A stretch of DNA of 64,000 nucleotides from Octopus sinensis (Eukaryota). The notes under the pieces were generated by a model. That model did not search any database, was not told where the DNA came from, and saw only the letters and a program-made list of their open reading frames with translations. Positions within the stretch are counted from its first letter, which is position 1. Each line of letters starts with the position of its first letter. Where the stretch lies: the NCBI RefSeq assembly GCF_006345805.1, contig NC_043007.1, forward strand, positions 56,854,001-56,918,000, given 5' to 3'. Made by a program: the position numbers and the translations under genes. Shown one piece after another: positions 26,521 to 39,135 of this stretch.

Positions 26521-27559
26521 GTCTGTCTGATTGTCCCTCACCACTTCTTGACAACTGGCATTGGTGTGTTGACATTCTCATAACTTAGTGGTTCAAAAAT
26601 ATGTGCAGGGATCAATTTGCTCAACTAAAATACCATTCAAAGATGTGCTCCAGAATAACTGCATTCAAATGACTGAAGCAAGACATATATACATATGTAT
26701 GTACACACATAAGGGAGTGATCAAGGTATATAAGCTCATATTCCTAGATCACCTTTCTTTATGGTGTGTGTGTGTGCGTGTATACATGCTTGCGTTTGTC
26801 TACATATATGTGGGTGTGTAAAATCTGAATGTAATCTATTTGACTACCATATCCAATCTTCATCTTATCCCTTTTACGTTGTAGTCCTTAGGCAGTCATT
26901 CACACACACACACACTATAATGTCTTTGCTATTTTCGTTACATTCTTGTTCCACCACCACCACCACCTAACGTCTTCATGGGGACATTTATTTGAGTTTA
27001 GAAAAACTTTTGAGTACAATAAAGAGAGGGAGGGGAGACAAAGAGAAAGAGAGAGGGAAGGCAGGAGAGAGAGAAAGAGAGGAAAGTGAAATTTATGTTT
27101 TGACAACAGCCAAGTTCATTTAACACCGAGTTGTATTTCAAAACAGTCTGCAGTGGGTGGGATGGAGAAACTGCGGTAGATGGTTTCAGAGGAGGGGTAG
27201 TTGATGTGGATGGTTGGTTACTTATTTTGTTGGTGTGGTTATTAGTAATGGTAGTGGTGAAAAATCACTGGGTTACTAAGTAACATTGCAGGCTGATTTC
27301 ACTATAGATTTGCAGGGAAACACATAACTACACAGATCCACACCTGGAGAAATAGCAGCTGTATTTTCCCCCCAAATGCTACCATACCATCTTAAAAAGA
27401 AAGGACATATAGGACAATGTAATTCTATATATTCTGTCTCTAATTAAAAGAGGGAGATGGTCATGGATGGATTTCTGTTAATTTTAAGCCTGCTTGTTTT
27501 CAGGATAGGGCTATGTTGAATAACAACTCATTTGTTTTTTAATATTCTGACATGCAATA

Positions 27560-28007
27560 AGGCAGTGAGCTGGCAGAGTCATAAGCATGCTGGTTAAAAT
27601 GCTTAGCAGCATTTCGTCCATCTTTACTTTCTGGGTTCAGATTCCACTGAGGCCAACTTCACTCTTTATCCATTCAGAGTTGATAAACTAAGTACCAGCT
27701 GAACACTGGGGTCAATGTAATCAAGTTATCCCCTCCTCTGAACTTGCTAGCCTTGTGCCAAAATATGAGACCAATATTTTGACATGCAGTAAGGTGGTGA
27801 ACTGGCAGAATCATTAGCATGTTGGGCAAAATGTGCTTAGCAGCATTTTGTCTGTCTTTACATTCTAAGTTTAAATTCCACCAGGATCAATTTTGCCTTC
27901 CATCCTTCCGAAGTTGTTAATATAAAGTACCAGTTAAACACTGGGGTTGATGTAATTGATGTATCTCCTTCCCTGAAATTTCTGGCCTTGTGCCAAAGTT
28001 TAAAACC
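27560..28007 (+). mobile_element. Two tandem copies of tRNA-derived SINE family 2 (~220 bp); other copies 12111-12338(-), 40665-40875(-), 59212-59423(+)
   Basis: ggcagtgagctggcaga head, ggttcaRattcc B box, tail ggccttgtgccaaaatttgaaaccaatatt. Confidence 0.85.
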
Positions 28008-28599
28008 AATATTTTGACATGCAATGCTACCAAATACAACAGATTTGTACACTTCTGTAACAACACAATACATTCCAATTCACATCCTCCATCTCAGATA
28101 CCTCCTTCAATTTTGTTGACATTGCTCTCTTTATCAGCCTCCTACCCTCACCCTCTCCACTTGTTTTCCACAAACCCATCAACTCTCACTCCACCCTTGA
28201 CTTTTCCTCCTCACATCCCAGCTATGCCATCCCCTAAACCCAGTTCCTCTGTCCCCATTAGTTTTGCAACCATAACCATAAATGTCGTTGAAAGGAAGCT
28301 TTAAGACAGGACCAGTCTATTCATTCAATGCATTTACCCACCCACCCACCCACCAAGTATCCATTTTCTATGATTGTGACACTGATTGCACTTCAGTCCT
28401 TACAGTTTACATTTAGAACCCAACCCATCATATCTCCTTTCCTCTCACCTATCATCTAATCCTAACAATGCACCACCTCTCCCATTGCCTATAAACTGAC
28501 TGTCTGGTTTCTTCCCTCCACTACCCATTCCTTCCTTCAAGCACACCTATAACCTACACAGCCTCCTTGACCATAGCTCCCCCCTCCCCATACTCCATC

Positions 28600-29010
28600 C
28601 CTCTCTCAGATTCTTTTCCTGACGCTATCCCCACAGCCACACTTTCCTTTTTCCTTTTCAACACCATCATCTTCCCTGGACTCAACCATCATACTTTCCA
28701 CATTAAAGACTCTTTCTGCTGCACCTCCAACAACCTCATATATGCACTCCAGGGTTCTCCCTGCAATTTGATCAACATCAGGCAAACTAGTTACTGACTG
28801 CTTGACAGATTCAGGAAGCATCTTAAGGACATCAAACTTGGCAATGAGGCTGCCTATCTCTCAAAATTTCTCACAGCTAACAACTCCACCCAACACCACT
28901 GTCTTCAGCCTGGCCTCCAGCACTGGGTCCCCTATTACTCACCTCTTGGGAGACCAGGAGCTCATCTTTTCTCTCAAAACTTACATACTGTTTGGTCTAA
29001 ATTCATCATC
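28600..29010 (+). mobile_element. Penelope-like element remnant (GIY-YIG endonuclease region)
   Basis: FHIKDSFCCTSNNLIYALQGSPCNLINIRQT..LLDRFRKHLKDI and QELIFSLKT...GLN match the PLE FTC-S-N-IY...YIGET...RF-EH and E-LIF-L-T...GLN patterns. Confidence 0.8.
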
Positions 29011-32000
29011 TCATTTTTTACTAAATTGCATGTTCTACCTGCTCCAGAACTACACACCTCTTCCCCTATCTTGCCCTCTCTTCCCTTTTTACCATGCAGC
29101 ACCCTGCACTTCATACTTTACTCCACTCACACATCTCACTCTTTACCACCAGCACATCTATACACACTAACACAGCTTCCATATACACCTACTCCCTTTC
29201 AACCACTCCTTCCACAAGCATTCACACCTTTCACTTACGCACATACACACATTGCTGAGAGTGGCTATATTGCCAGCTAGATTAAATGTGTCATTGTATG
29301 CTAATTTCTCAGTTTACCAATTGTTACTGTTGCAGTGAGTGGTATATCTAAATTAGGAATTATATGTTCTACTATTACCATAGAAAGTGTGGTAATTATG
29401 ATCATCGTGAAATTGGCCATATTCATATTTAGTCTTACTTCTCTTACAAGATAAAGGTGTTTTTCAAGTTATCAGAGTTTTCAATATAAGTCTTGAAGCT
29501 GTTTGGACTGTATTCATCATGAATATGACAGTTGTTCTCGTTACTACAACTCCTTACTACAACTGTTATCAATATGAGAGTTGTTCTCACTATTTTCAGG
29601 GACTGTTATTTTCCTATTGAGCTTTCAACAATTTAAGCAAGAGCTTTGCCCATTTCACCTAATGTATGCAATTGCTGTGTATTCTATGATGGTCATCAAG
29701 GTATGAAGTATTGCTTCGTATATACCCATGAGAATATGGTCCAATTTTATTTGGTGTTACAACAATGTTATCAAGAACGAACACCATCTCATTGATGCAT
29801 TATGCCCAAGCTAAAGCCATATTATATTTGGCTTTTTGGGGAAAAACATTTCTTTATTAGCAGAGAGACTAGATAGTTTAAACAAAACACATCAATTACT
29901 GCTCAAGGATGATTAGAATTTTTATTAATATAATGTAAGTTTTCATTATGTAAGTTCATGATAAGGATGATAAAAACCTGTATTTAGTTCTAATGAAACA
30001 TCAAAGAAATTGGTGATGTGTGTGTGTCTATGTGTACACACACACACAGCTGTGTGGTTAAGAAATTTGTTTCCCATCCACATTGTTTAAGGTTCAAATC
30101 CCATTGCATGGCATCTTAGGCCAGTAGTCCCAGGCCAACAAAAGTCTTGTGAGTAGATTTAGTATATGGAAACTGAAAGAACCCCATTGCAAATAGACAC
30201 ACATACATGCATGCATATATCTATTATGTGTGTGAGTGTGTGTGTTGTCTTGAGTTGACTATGTGACAGTTATAAACACAAGTAGTGTTATTTGTTGCCA
30301 GTCTCCCATGCAACCATAGAGAAATAACACCTTGCTCAGAAACAGGTGAAGGCATCTAACTATAGAAAATCTACCAGAATGAATTTCATTAAAATTAAAA
30401 TGACAATGATGACAATACAAACACACACACATACACACACAGAGGAGGTGCATCATTATGAACACAGTACACTGACTAAAACTCAAATATTCAAAATATA
30501 CACACACAAATACAATTTCAGTATATTTATGTATGCATATGCATGTGTGTGTCTATAAATACACAAGTCTAAAAATATGTGTGTGTGTGTGAATGTTTAT
30601 TGTGTGTGTGTGTATACACGCGCATGCATGTGTATATTGATGTTTGCTCACATTCCTGGAGTTTTTTAATGGCCATTATTTTAGTACCTGAGTTGTGGGT
30701 TGAAGCAAATGCACGAAAATACAAAATGTGTATAAGTGGAGAGGGGACACAGAAAACAAGACAGAAAAATCAGTTAGAAATACAAAATAATAATAAAAAC
30801 AGCTATCAAATAAAAGTGGGAGGTGTCTGATTTTGATTTTTATCTCCACTTTGGAATCAAAGAAACAGAATGTAAAAGCAAAAGAAAATACACCACCCAA
30901 CTTGTCATTTTGTGACTATATTAGACACGGAGTTCAGATAACATGCTCTCCACCATCTCTCTTAGATAACATGCAAAGAACAACATTAATATGACAAAAA
31001 TCTAAAGGGAAACAAAATACTGAGAGAGAGAGAGTGGGAGGTAGAGAGGGACAAAGTTTAAATGAATGACCAGCAGTTACTTGATTCCATGTTTTCCTTC
31101 TTTTTTTATTTGCTATGGGGAAAAGGAAGGTAGTAGAAGAATGAAGTAATAAAAAACAAAAAGTGCTATGGTAAGGGTCTTTGTAGCTGGCAATTAGCTG
31201 CCAACTAAATTGGTATGAATCAAAAACTCAAAGACTTCCTTTATAGTTCTGATCTTCCCACCCCTTTCCTCCTATTGCATGAAATTTTGGGCAGAATAAT
31301 TGACAAGTATGCAAAACAAATTGATGAGTGAGAAAGAGAAGTGGGGTACAGAGAATGAGAAAGAGAAGGAGGGAACAGAGAGTGAGATAGAGAAGGAGGG
31401 TATAGAGAGTGAAAGAGAGAGTGTATGAAAGAGAGTAAATAATAGTAGAGTTGGGATAGAAAAGTGAGAAAAGGAGAGTCATGAGAAAGAAAAAGATAAG
31501 TTGCAAAGAACAGAGAGAAAGAAAATAAGAAATGAATGATTGAGAGAAGCAAGAGAGAGAAGAGTAGACATATGAAGTAACAAGAGAGAGTGGGAAAGAT
31601 AGAGAGAAGATAAACACAGAGAAAGTAAGAGAGAAAGAAAATTATTGAGACAAACAACAGAGAAAAAGAGAGGAAACACACATATGCAACTACATACCTA
31701 TACACACATATACATACATAAATATACACTTGTAAACATACACACACACATGCACACATCGTCACCATATCATCAACTTCTAAAATCCATTTTCCATGCT
31801 GGCATGGGCTGGATGATTTGACAGGAGCTGGCAAGCCAGAGAGCTGCACCAGGCTCCAATTCTCTCTTTTGACACAGTTTCTAAGGCTGGATGCCCTTTC
31901 TGATGCCATCAACTTTACAAAGTGACCTGGGTGCTTTTTACGTGGCACCAGCACACATATATAAATTACATACACACAAAGTATTTGTATATATACAAAC

Positions 32001-32042
32001 ATACACACACACATACATATATACACACACACATACATATAT

Positions 32043-32102
<60 letters not shown>

Positions 32103-32189
32103 GCACACACATATACATATACATGTATACATAAATACATTCACATTGAAATATGCATTTACTTACATACACACACACATACATACACA

Positions 32190-33050
32190 GGCAAGAAATG
32201 CTGGTAAAGCCCCTAGAACATCAGGAATAACTGCTGAGATGCTTAAAATATCTGGTGAGTAGGATACGGCCTAGTTCCTCAGATAGTCAATCAGGTTGTA
32301 AAGGAAAGTATCATGCCCCAACAACAGAAGAAGCAGCCTAAGAAAGAAATAGTTTCAGAGGTATCAAATTGCTGAATCAGGTCATGGAGTTATGGAAAAA
32401 GTTATAGCTCAAATAATGAGAGAGAGAGTGAAAGTAGATCAAATGCAGTTCAGTTTTTTGCCACAGTAAAGTACCACAGATGATCTCTTCCTGGTGAGAC
32501 AAATGAAAGAGAATACTTTAGCAGAATGTAACCTGCTGTACTTACCATTTGTAAACCTAGAGAAAACCTTCAACAGAGTCCCTCATTCTGTCATATGCTG
32601 GTTTCTGAGGTAGCAAGAGGCAGATGAATGGCTTGTGTGAGTCACACAAGCCATATAGAGAGACAGTGAGTAAAATGAGAGTTAACAATGAATAAAACAA
32701 TGAATTTTGTGAGCAAGTAAGAGTTTACCATGGCTCAGTTCTCCTCAGTCACCTTTTCTCTTTTTCTCACTATGATTCTCCAGCTCAAAACAAAGTTTAA
32801 GACTGGTTGCCTATAGAAACTCCTTCGTGCTGATGATCTCGTTATTATAGCTGAATCTGTAGTAGAATTAGAATAGAAAATCCAGGTGTGGAAGCCAAAT
32901 TGGAATGAAAGGACCTCAAAGTTAACTTAGCAAGAGACCAAATGTTTTAGTAAGCAGAGAAACTGATAGAGATCTGCAGAAAAGGTGTAGGTTGAATTTC
33001 CATATGATGCAGTTAGTGCAAACTATGGAAACACACAAGAGATGTTATTA
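32190..33050 (+). mobile_element. Degraded RTE LINE RT fragment
   Basis: GKAPRTSGITAEMLKISGE, then sequence colinear with the 47-48 kb copy including gctgatgatctc (ADDL). Confidence 0.85.
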
Positions 33051-34669
33051 TGGTCAACATTTCTTTCAAATGTATTTCTAGTTACCTCAAGCATTGATTT
33101 GATTTCCATTTCAAATTTTCCATTTTCTGATTCCATATACCTCAGTTATATTATCTCTGGTGTCTGTTCAACTGCCTTCCCCTTCAATCATAATATCTAT
33201 TTAGGAAGACTTCTTACTTATTACCATTGTTTTTGGCTTTGCATTCATTTCCATTCCATGACATTCTTTTGTCATTTACTGTGGTTATGAGGTTTCATAG
33301 GTAATCACAAGTGAAAAACTTATAGGTTGTTCCTAAGCATTCAGTCAGATAGCTCAATGGATAGATGATGCCAGATCACAGCTCACTGAGATTACTGAAC
33401 AACATATTACAAACTATATATATATTGTTGATAATGTTGGATAGTCCTAGTTAGTGTTGTTTGGCAGCAACCAATCAAATGAAACATCCCCTTCCATCAG
33501 GTCTAATCATGACAAAGATATACGATTCTAAAATATAGGATTTATGAGCCATATCATATATTCCTAAATTTAAGAAAATATGTCTTAACCATGTAAACAT
33601 GATGGTAAAACATTTTATTGAGGTAGAATGTCTCTTTGAGCAGATAGGATGACCACAAGCAAGTGTTATTTCTTTGGACTGTAATTCTATAGTTGTTTGA
33701 ATACAAATTGTGAAACATGAAATATTCCTTACTATGTTTCCCCATTGTCCTTATGTTATTTTATTACAAGCAACAACTTGATATTTATAATCCTCCCCAC
33801 ATCAAAACAAAATCCATATGTTTTCATCTGTCTAGGAGGGATAAAAATAAACAAACAGAGAAGAAAAAATCCTATTCACTGTGAACAAGATGTAAATCTT
33901 TCATCATCTACCAGTCAAAGAAAAGACTGAGAAATGTCAACAAGGACTATTTTCTGGAGAAATTAATAATTTTTACGAGATTCACGTCTGACAATCTCTG
34001 ACTCATGGGTGGAGGCTGGGGGAGTATTTTTTAAGTAATTTGGCAGGAAAAAGTTCTGAAAATCCTAAACAGGTTGTTAAAATAATCTCAGTAAAGCCAA
34101 ATATGGCAAACAAGATAATGGTAACTGCTCTGTTTTCTTAGTTTAGCTTCTGTTGAAATAAAATCCTTCATTGGAACTATCATAGAAACAAGCAAGTAAT
34201 AATTGAAAATATGATACAAGATGAATACAAGTTACACCTACATTCTCTTTCTCACACATACACACACATAATATATATGCATATATATATGTGTGCATGT
34301 GTGGTGTATACATAAAAATTAAGTCATGTTTATCATCATCTGCTGTAATATTTTCACATTTACCTCAAAACATTCAACAACAAATATCTTTGCTCCCTGC
34401 ATTTGAGGGAAAACCTCAACTTACACAAGTTCAAGTATTATAGAGAAAGCTCCATCACATTTTCCGAACTAATATCAATTCAGATATTTCTTTCCTAATG
34501 TTTAATAATTGAATATTTACTGGCTATTGTTTATAGCTTTATTTTCTGCTTTGAATTAAACCATTCCAAAACAAGAAATATATCACATATATATATGTGT
34601 GTGTGTGTGTAATTATATACACATATCTATATAAAATTACATATATGAAGGTAAATCTATACATGTCAA

Positions 34670-34700
<31 letters not shown>

Positions 34701-35010
34701 GTATATATACTCACACACACACACACACACACACATAAACATGTATAGATCTATGTTCATATACGAGTATTTATATACATGTGAATATATAATTATATAC
34801 ATAGGCATAGGAGTGGTTGTGTGGTAAGTACTAGGCTTACAAAGAATAAGTCCTGGGGTCGATTTGCTCGACAAAAGGTGGTGCTCCAGCATGGCCACAG
34901 TCAAATGACTGAAACAAGTAAAAGAGTAAAAGAGTGTGCATTGCAGTATTCGGCCCAATCACTGCATTCTTAGTTTAAATTCCTTCCAGGTCAAAGGGGT
35001 CAATAAAAAA

Positions 35011-35044
<34 letters not shown>

Positions 35045-35375
35045 TTTTTATTGAATCAGTTCTGCTGATGATCATAAGACGTAAAGTTGAATGTGAAATC
35101 ACGGTGATACAGAACTAAATTCATTTTTTAAATGTCTTGCTTTGAAAAACTGCATTTGGGTATGATTAGTATAATTTTGGTAGTAATAACTTTGTCCCTC
35201 TTAGTGTGAGGCATTTATGTGTAATAATGCCCTCTATACAATATAGATATAATTAATTTGTTCAAAAGAAAAAAATTATTTTCGAATTCTTTTCTTTTAT
35301 GAGGTTTTCACGCTAGCTGCCCGATAATTTCTTGTTAAGATCCCTTATTAAGAGATTATCCTTAATTGTTAAACT

Positions 35376-35415
<40 letters not shown>

Positions 35416-35606
35416 TATATGTATACAATTATATATCTACATGTATATAAATATTCGTATATGAATATAGATTTATACATGTCTACATGTCCATGTGTGT
35501 ATATATATATATATATACATGCGCAGTTATTTTGAAAAATTAGGATATACAGGCAACTAGTTTACATGCGAATCTAGTTGTGTGTATATTTGAAATCTAA
35601 AGGCTC

Positions 35607-35673
35607 CCTACTGACGAAAACTAGCCTCAGTGAATATTTTTTCACTGGAATGAGTTAGAAACCATGGTCTAAG
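35607..35673 (+). ncRNA. Near-intact type I hammerhead ribozyme motif with extended stem II and palindromic stem III
   Basis: CCTA CTGACGA [aaactagcctCAGTGAA tatttt TTCACTGgaatgagtta] GAA ACCATGGT C TAAG; GUC triplet at 35667-35669. Confidence 0.65.
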
Positions 35674-36277
35674 AACTGAATTAGATGGTAAAAGTTTTTA
35701 ATTTTCAATCCTTTCGAGAATTTATCCATAATTAGTGGTTTGAGTTTTCTACTGCTCTTTCAAGCTCAAGGCTTTCCTATTTGGAAGCTTCTTTTATACG
35801 TACGTACACACACACACACCACACACACACACACACACACATACATACATACATACGAGAGTGCTGAACAGTTCCTGGATTTGGGTAAAAAAATACTAGA
35901 GGACCAGTTAATTATGATTTTATTCAACATATTCCCCACTCAAATTCACACACTTATTGCAGCAGCCCTTCAGTTTTCCTAAGCCCTGTATAAGAATTCA
36001 AGATGTTGGGCCTCAAACCAGGCCTTCCAAAAGGCAGGAACTTTTCAGCACACCCTCATAAATATATACATGTATATGTGTATAAATATATACATGCTAT
36101 GTTTATATATTTGTTTTGCAAGATTTTTGATGTGAAATCGTGTGTTGAAACAGATATTGTTGTATTTAGGAATGGTCGTTTTGCCAGTTTAGCCAATAAA
36201 AACACACACACTATATATTTGGTGTTACTTTGCTTCAGCGTTATTTATTTTTTACATTAATCTTAATCTTATTTCGG

Positions 36278-36317
36278 CCAGAGTTCTTTCGTCACACTCT
36301 TGTGACTGCATCAATGG
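36278..36317 (-). ncRNA. Degenerate minimal hammerhead motif (core mutated)
   Basis: Minus strand CCA ttgatgca GTCAC aagagt GTGAC GAAA G aa C T C TGG: stems I, II and III and a CUC triplet present, but CUGANGA is altered. Confidence 0.5.
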
Positions 36318-36934
36318 TCCTTTGCTTTCTTCCTTCTTATTTGTGTGTCTCTCCTTACTAACCGTCAGCGATTTTGTATGTGTCTTCATTTGCGCAATCT
36401 CTATGTGTGTCTATGTTTAGTTAGTGTGGGGGGGGAAGTGCCTGTAATATTTGTATCTCCTGTTTATATACGTTCGTGTAATTTGTTTTCGTTTTTGTTT
36501 ATTCTTATTTTATTCATGTGTTCACACCCACTTATTATTATCATTAATATCATGCTTATGTTTATAAATTTATATAAGCATATCATCATCAGGTATAAAT
36601 ATATACCTAGGTACACTTAGTTATATATACCTCAGGAATTTCTCAGTTTTCGTTGAGTATATAACAAGTGTCAGAGATGGAAAATGGAATATACAAGAAA
36701 TGTTATTGCTTACAAGGCCATTAACCAGTTGGGCAGAAATGTATTAGACCTGTGCAAAACAGGGTTTCTTAAATGAGACATCCCTTATGACATCACCTGA
36801 CAAGATACTTCTACACCGAGAGATGCACCACAACCACTTGTACAATATCCTACTCGTGAGGGATGGATACAAGATGGATTGAAATGATTGCTGTGAGCAA
36901 TGAAGTTTCTAATATATTCTATTTTCTGTCTCTA

Positions 36935-37200
36935 CCATCATCAATGTGTAACGTCCATTTTCCATGCTGGCATGGGTTGGACAGTTTGACTGAGGTCTGG
37001 AGAGCCAGCAGCTGCACCAGGCTCCAATCTGATCTGGCAATGCTTCTACAGCTGGATGCCCTTCCTAATGCCAACCACTCCAAGTGTGTAGGGGGTGCTT
37101 TTTACATGCCACTGGCACAGGAGTCAGTCAGGCGGGTCTGGCATCAATCATGTTCAGATAGTGCTTTTTACGTGCCACCAGCACGGGGGCCTGTAAGGTA
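36935..37200 (-). mobile_element. Short RTE 3'-tail copy (similar copies near 5390, 8054, 31760, 48095, 48860, 50510, 59760 on minus and 55900 on plus)
   Basis: (CAT)n + tttaacgtccattttccatgctggcatggg...ggatgcccttcctaatgccaacc signature. Confidence 0.85.
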
Positions 37201-37215
37201 GCCAATTATTTGTTT

Positions 37216-37255
<40 letters not shown>

Positions 37256-38009
37256 AACACATAGACACGTCAAAAACATAATTATACCTTTATAGAGAAG
37301 GAGAAGGCATAACACATAGACAGACAAATAGAGAGAAAGAGAGAGATGGATGGATGGATAGTTAGACAGATGGATGAAGATGACAGAGAGAAAAAGAGAG
37401 GGTTTTACTGAAGATTGCAAACTTCATAAACCATTACTCCAAGTTACACATAACCAATCAGTAGATAGAAGTAAAGTTTTAGAACAATACAATGATTTTA
37501 AATAATGCAGTGAGAATCAATTGGTAAATTAATCAAAACATTTAAAACTAACAAAAGTTTGTCACATTCCAAAATAAACAGAATCTGTTGAATAAATCAA
37601 TTGACCACTGACGAAAATAATATAAAACTTATAAAGGAGTGAATTTTGTGCTTTTAGGAAGCAAAATGGTTAAAATTTCTGCTGCCAGAGGAAAATCTGG
37701 GTAAAAAAAGCACTTTGGAGTTCAGAAAGCATAGACAAAGAGTGACTTAACAATTAATTTAATAACAAGAGTAATCAAATAAAGGACTAAATAAATAAAC
37801 TGTTGTAGCAGAAGGGTGCAGACACAAAGAAAGAAAGGAGTGTGACTTTTAATAGGGAAGGTTGGAAATAATCAAATAAAGGGGGTGCTTAAATGAGGCA
37901 GAAAACAAAGTATGTATGCATTTTTCTTATATAACTTCTTTCACTCCCTTTACCTCTCTTTCTTTGCACCTCTCCCCACTGCCCATTGAAGAAAAGGGCT
38001 GCAATGTTG

Positions 38010-39135
38010 AGATCAAATGGACATTGCTTGAGAAAGGTAGGTTGTATTTGAACAGCACTGTAAGGTGTAGAGAAATGTTCCTAAGAATGCTTGGAGCCCA
38101 TCATCCATGTGCAGACACTGATTGCCTATGCATGAAGAGAGAAGATGGGAGAAAGGCACTGATAAGTGTGGAAGATTGCGTGCATATTGAACAAGGGAAC
38201 TTGCTGAGATATCTAACACAAAATGAGAAAACTTTGTTAGTTGCAGTGAGAGACGAGGGCATATTGAAAGCAGGTAAAAAGAAAAGAACAAAAGAAGACA
38301 CAAGAAAGACATGAAGAAGCACTATCCAACAAGGAACTACACAATCAATTCCATGTAGCCACAACTGAAGTTGCTTGAAGAAAGGAACACTTAAAAATGA
38401 GACTGAGAGCATTATACATGCAACACAAGACTGAGCTTTGGCCACAAATTGGGGAATCAACCTCAGAAATTAGCAAGTGTCTCCATTGTACTGAATTTAT
38501 AATGGATTTGACAAAATCGTCATTCATATTGTGAATGAAAGCCTTTAACTTGTCCAAAACTGATAAAAGGTTTGGTGACATGATGAGGTAGTGCAAGTGC
38601 TGCATTAGAAACTGTGTGAAAAGTGGAGGTTAGAGAGAGATAAGACATGGTATGAGCACAAACTAAATAGAGTGACTGGGTCAAAGACCTGCAAAGTCCT
38701 GTGGGATTTCCCAATCCAAATGGACAGGTGTTTGAGCACAACAAACCGGACCAAGTGGCAGTACACAAGATGAACTATATGGGCTCTATAATTGATGTTG
38801 CATGCCACTTCAACCTATGAATAGTTATGATGGAAGCCAAGAGAAGAGACATGTACAACCCTCTTAAATACGAGATAGATTGACTGTGGCAAATGAAAAG
38901 GTGAAGATAGTGCCAATTATTGTTGGGTCCTTGGGGACAGTATAAGAAGGTATTAAGAGGAATATAAAGGAAATGGGAACAGAGTGCCCAGTAGAGATGT
39001 TGCAAAAAGTTTGCCTTCTTGATATGCTTAGAATCATCAAGAAAGTATTAAATAGTTAAAGCGAACAGACAGCTTCTCGTGCAAGACTCCAGGAGTTCCA
39101 ACAAAACCTGAATTAAAAGAATGATGATGATGATG
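38010..39135 (+). mobile_element. R4/Dong-like non-LTR retrotransposon 3' remnant with RLE endonuclease
   Basis: GAHHPCADTD, LKKGTLKNETESIIHATQD, HDEVVQVLH*KLC, WYEH, VLWDFPIQ, NKPD, IIDVAC, VPIIVGSLG; ends in a (TGA)n tail; multiple stops. Confidence 0.88.

Noticed and set aside
26207-26588. Overlapping CVCV/HTHT ORFs (also the many YIYI, LLLL and SSSS ORFs elsewhere)
   Set aside because: Translations of dinucleotide and trinucleotide repeats.
31241-32140. 299-aa ORF, the longest in the track
   Set aside because: Built from TA/TG microsatellite, an RTE tail and a CT-rich run; no domain and no splice support.
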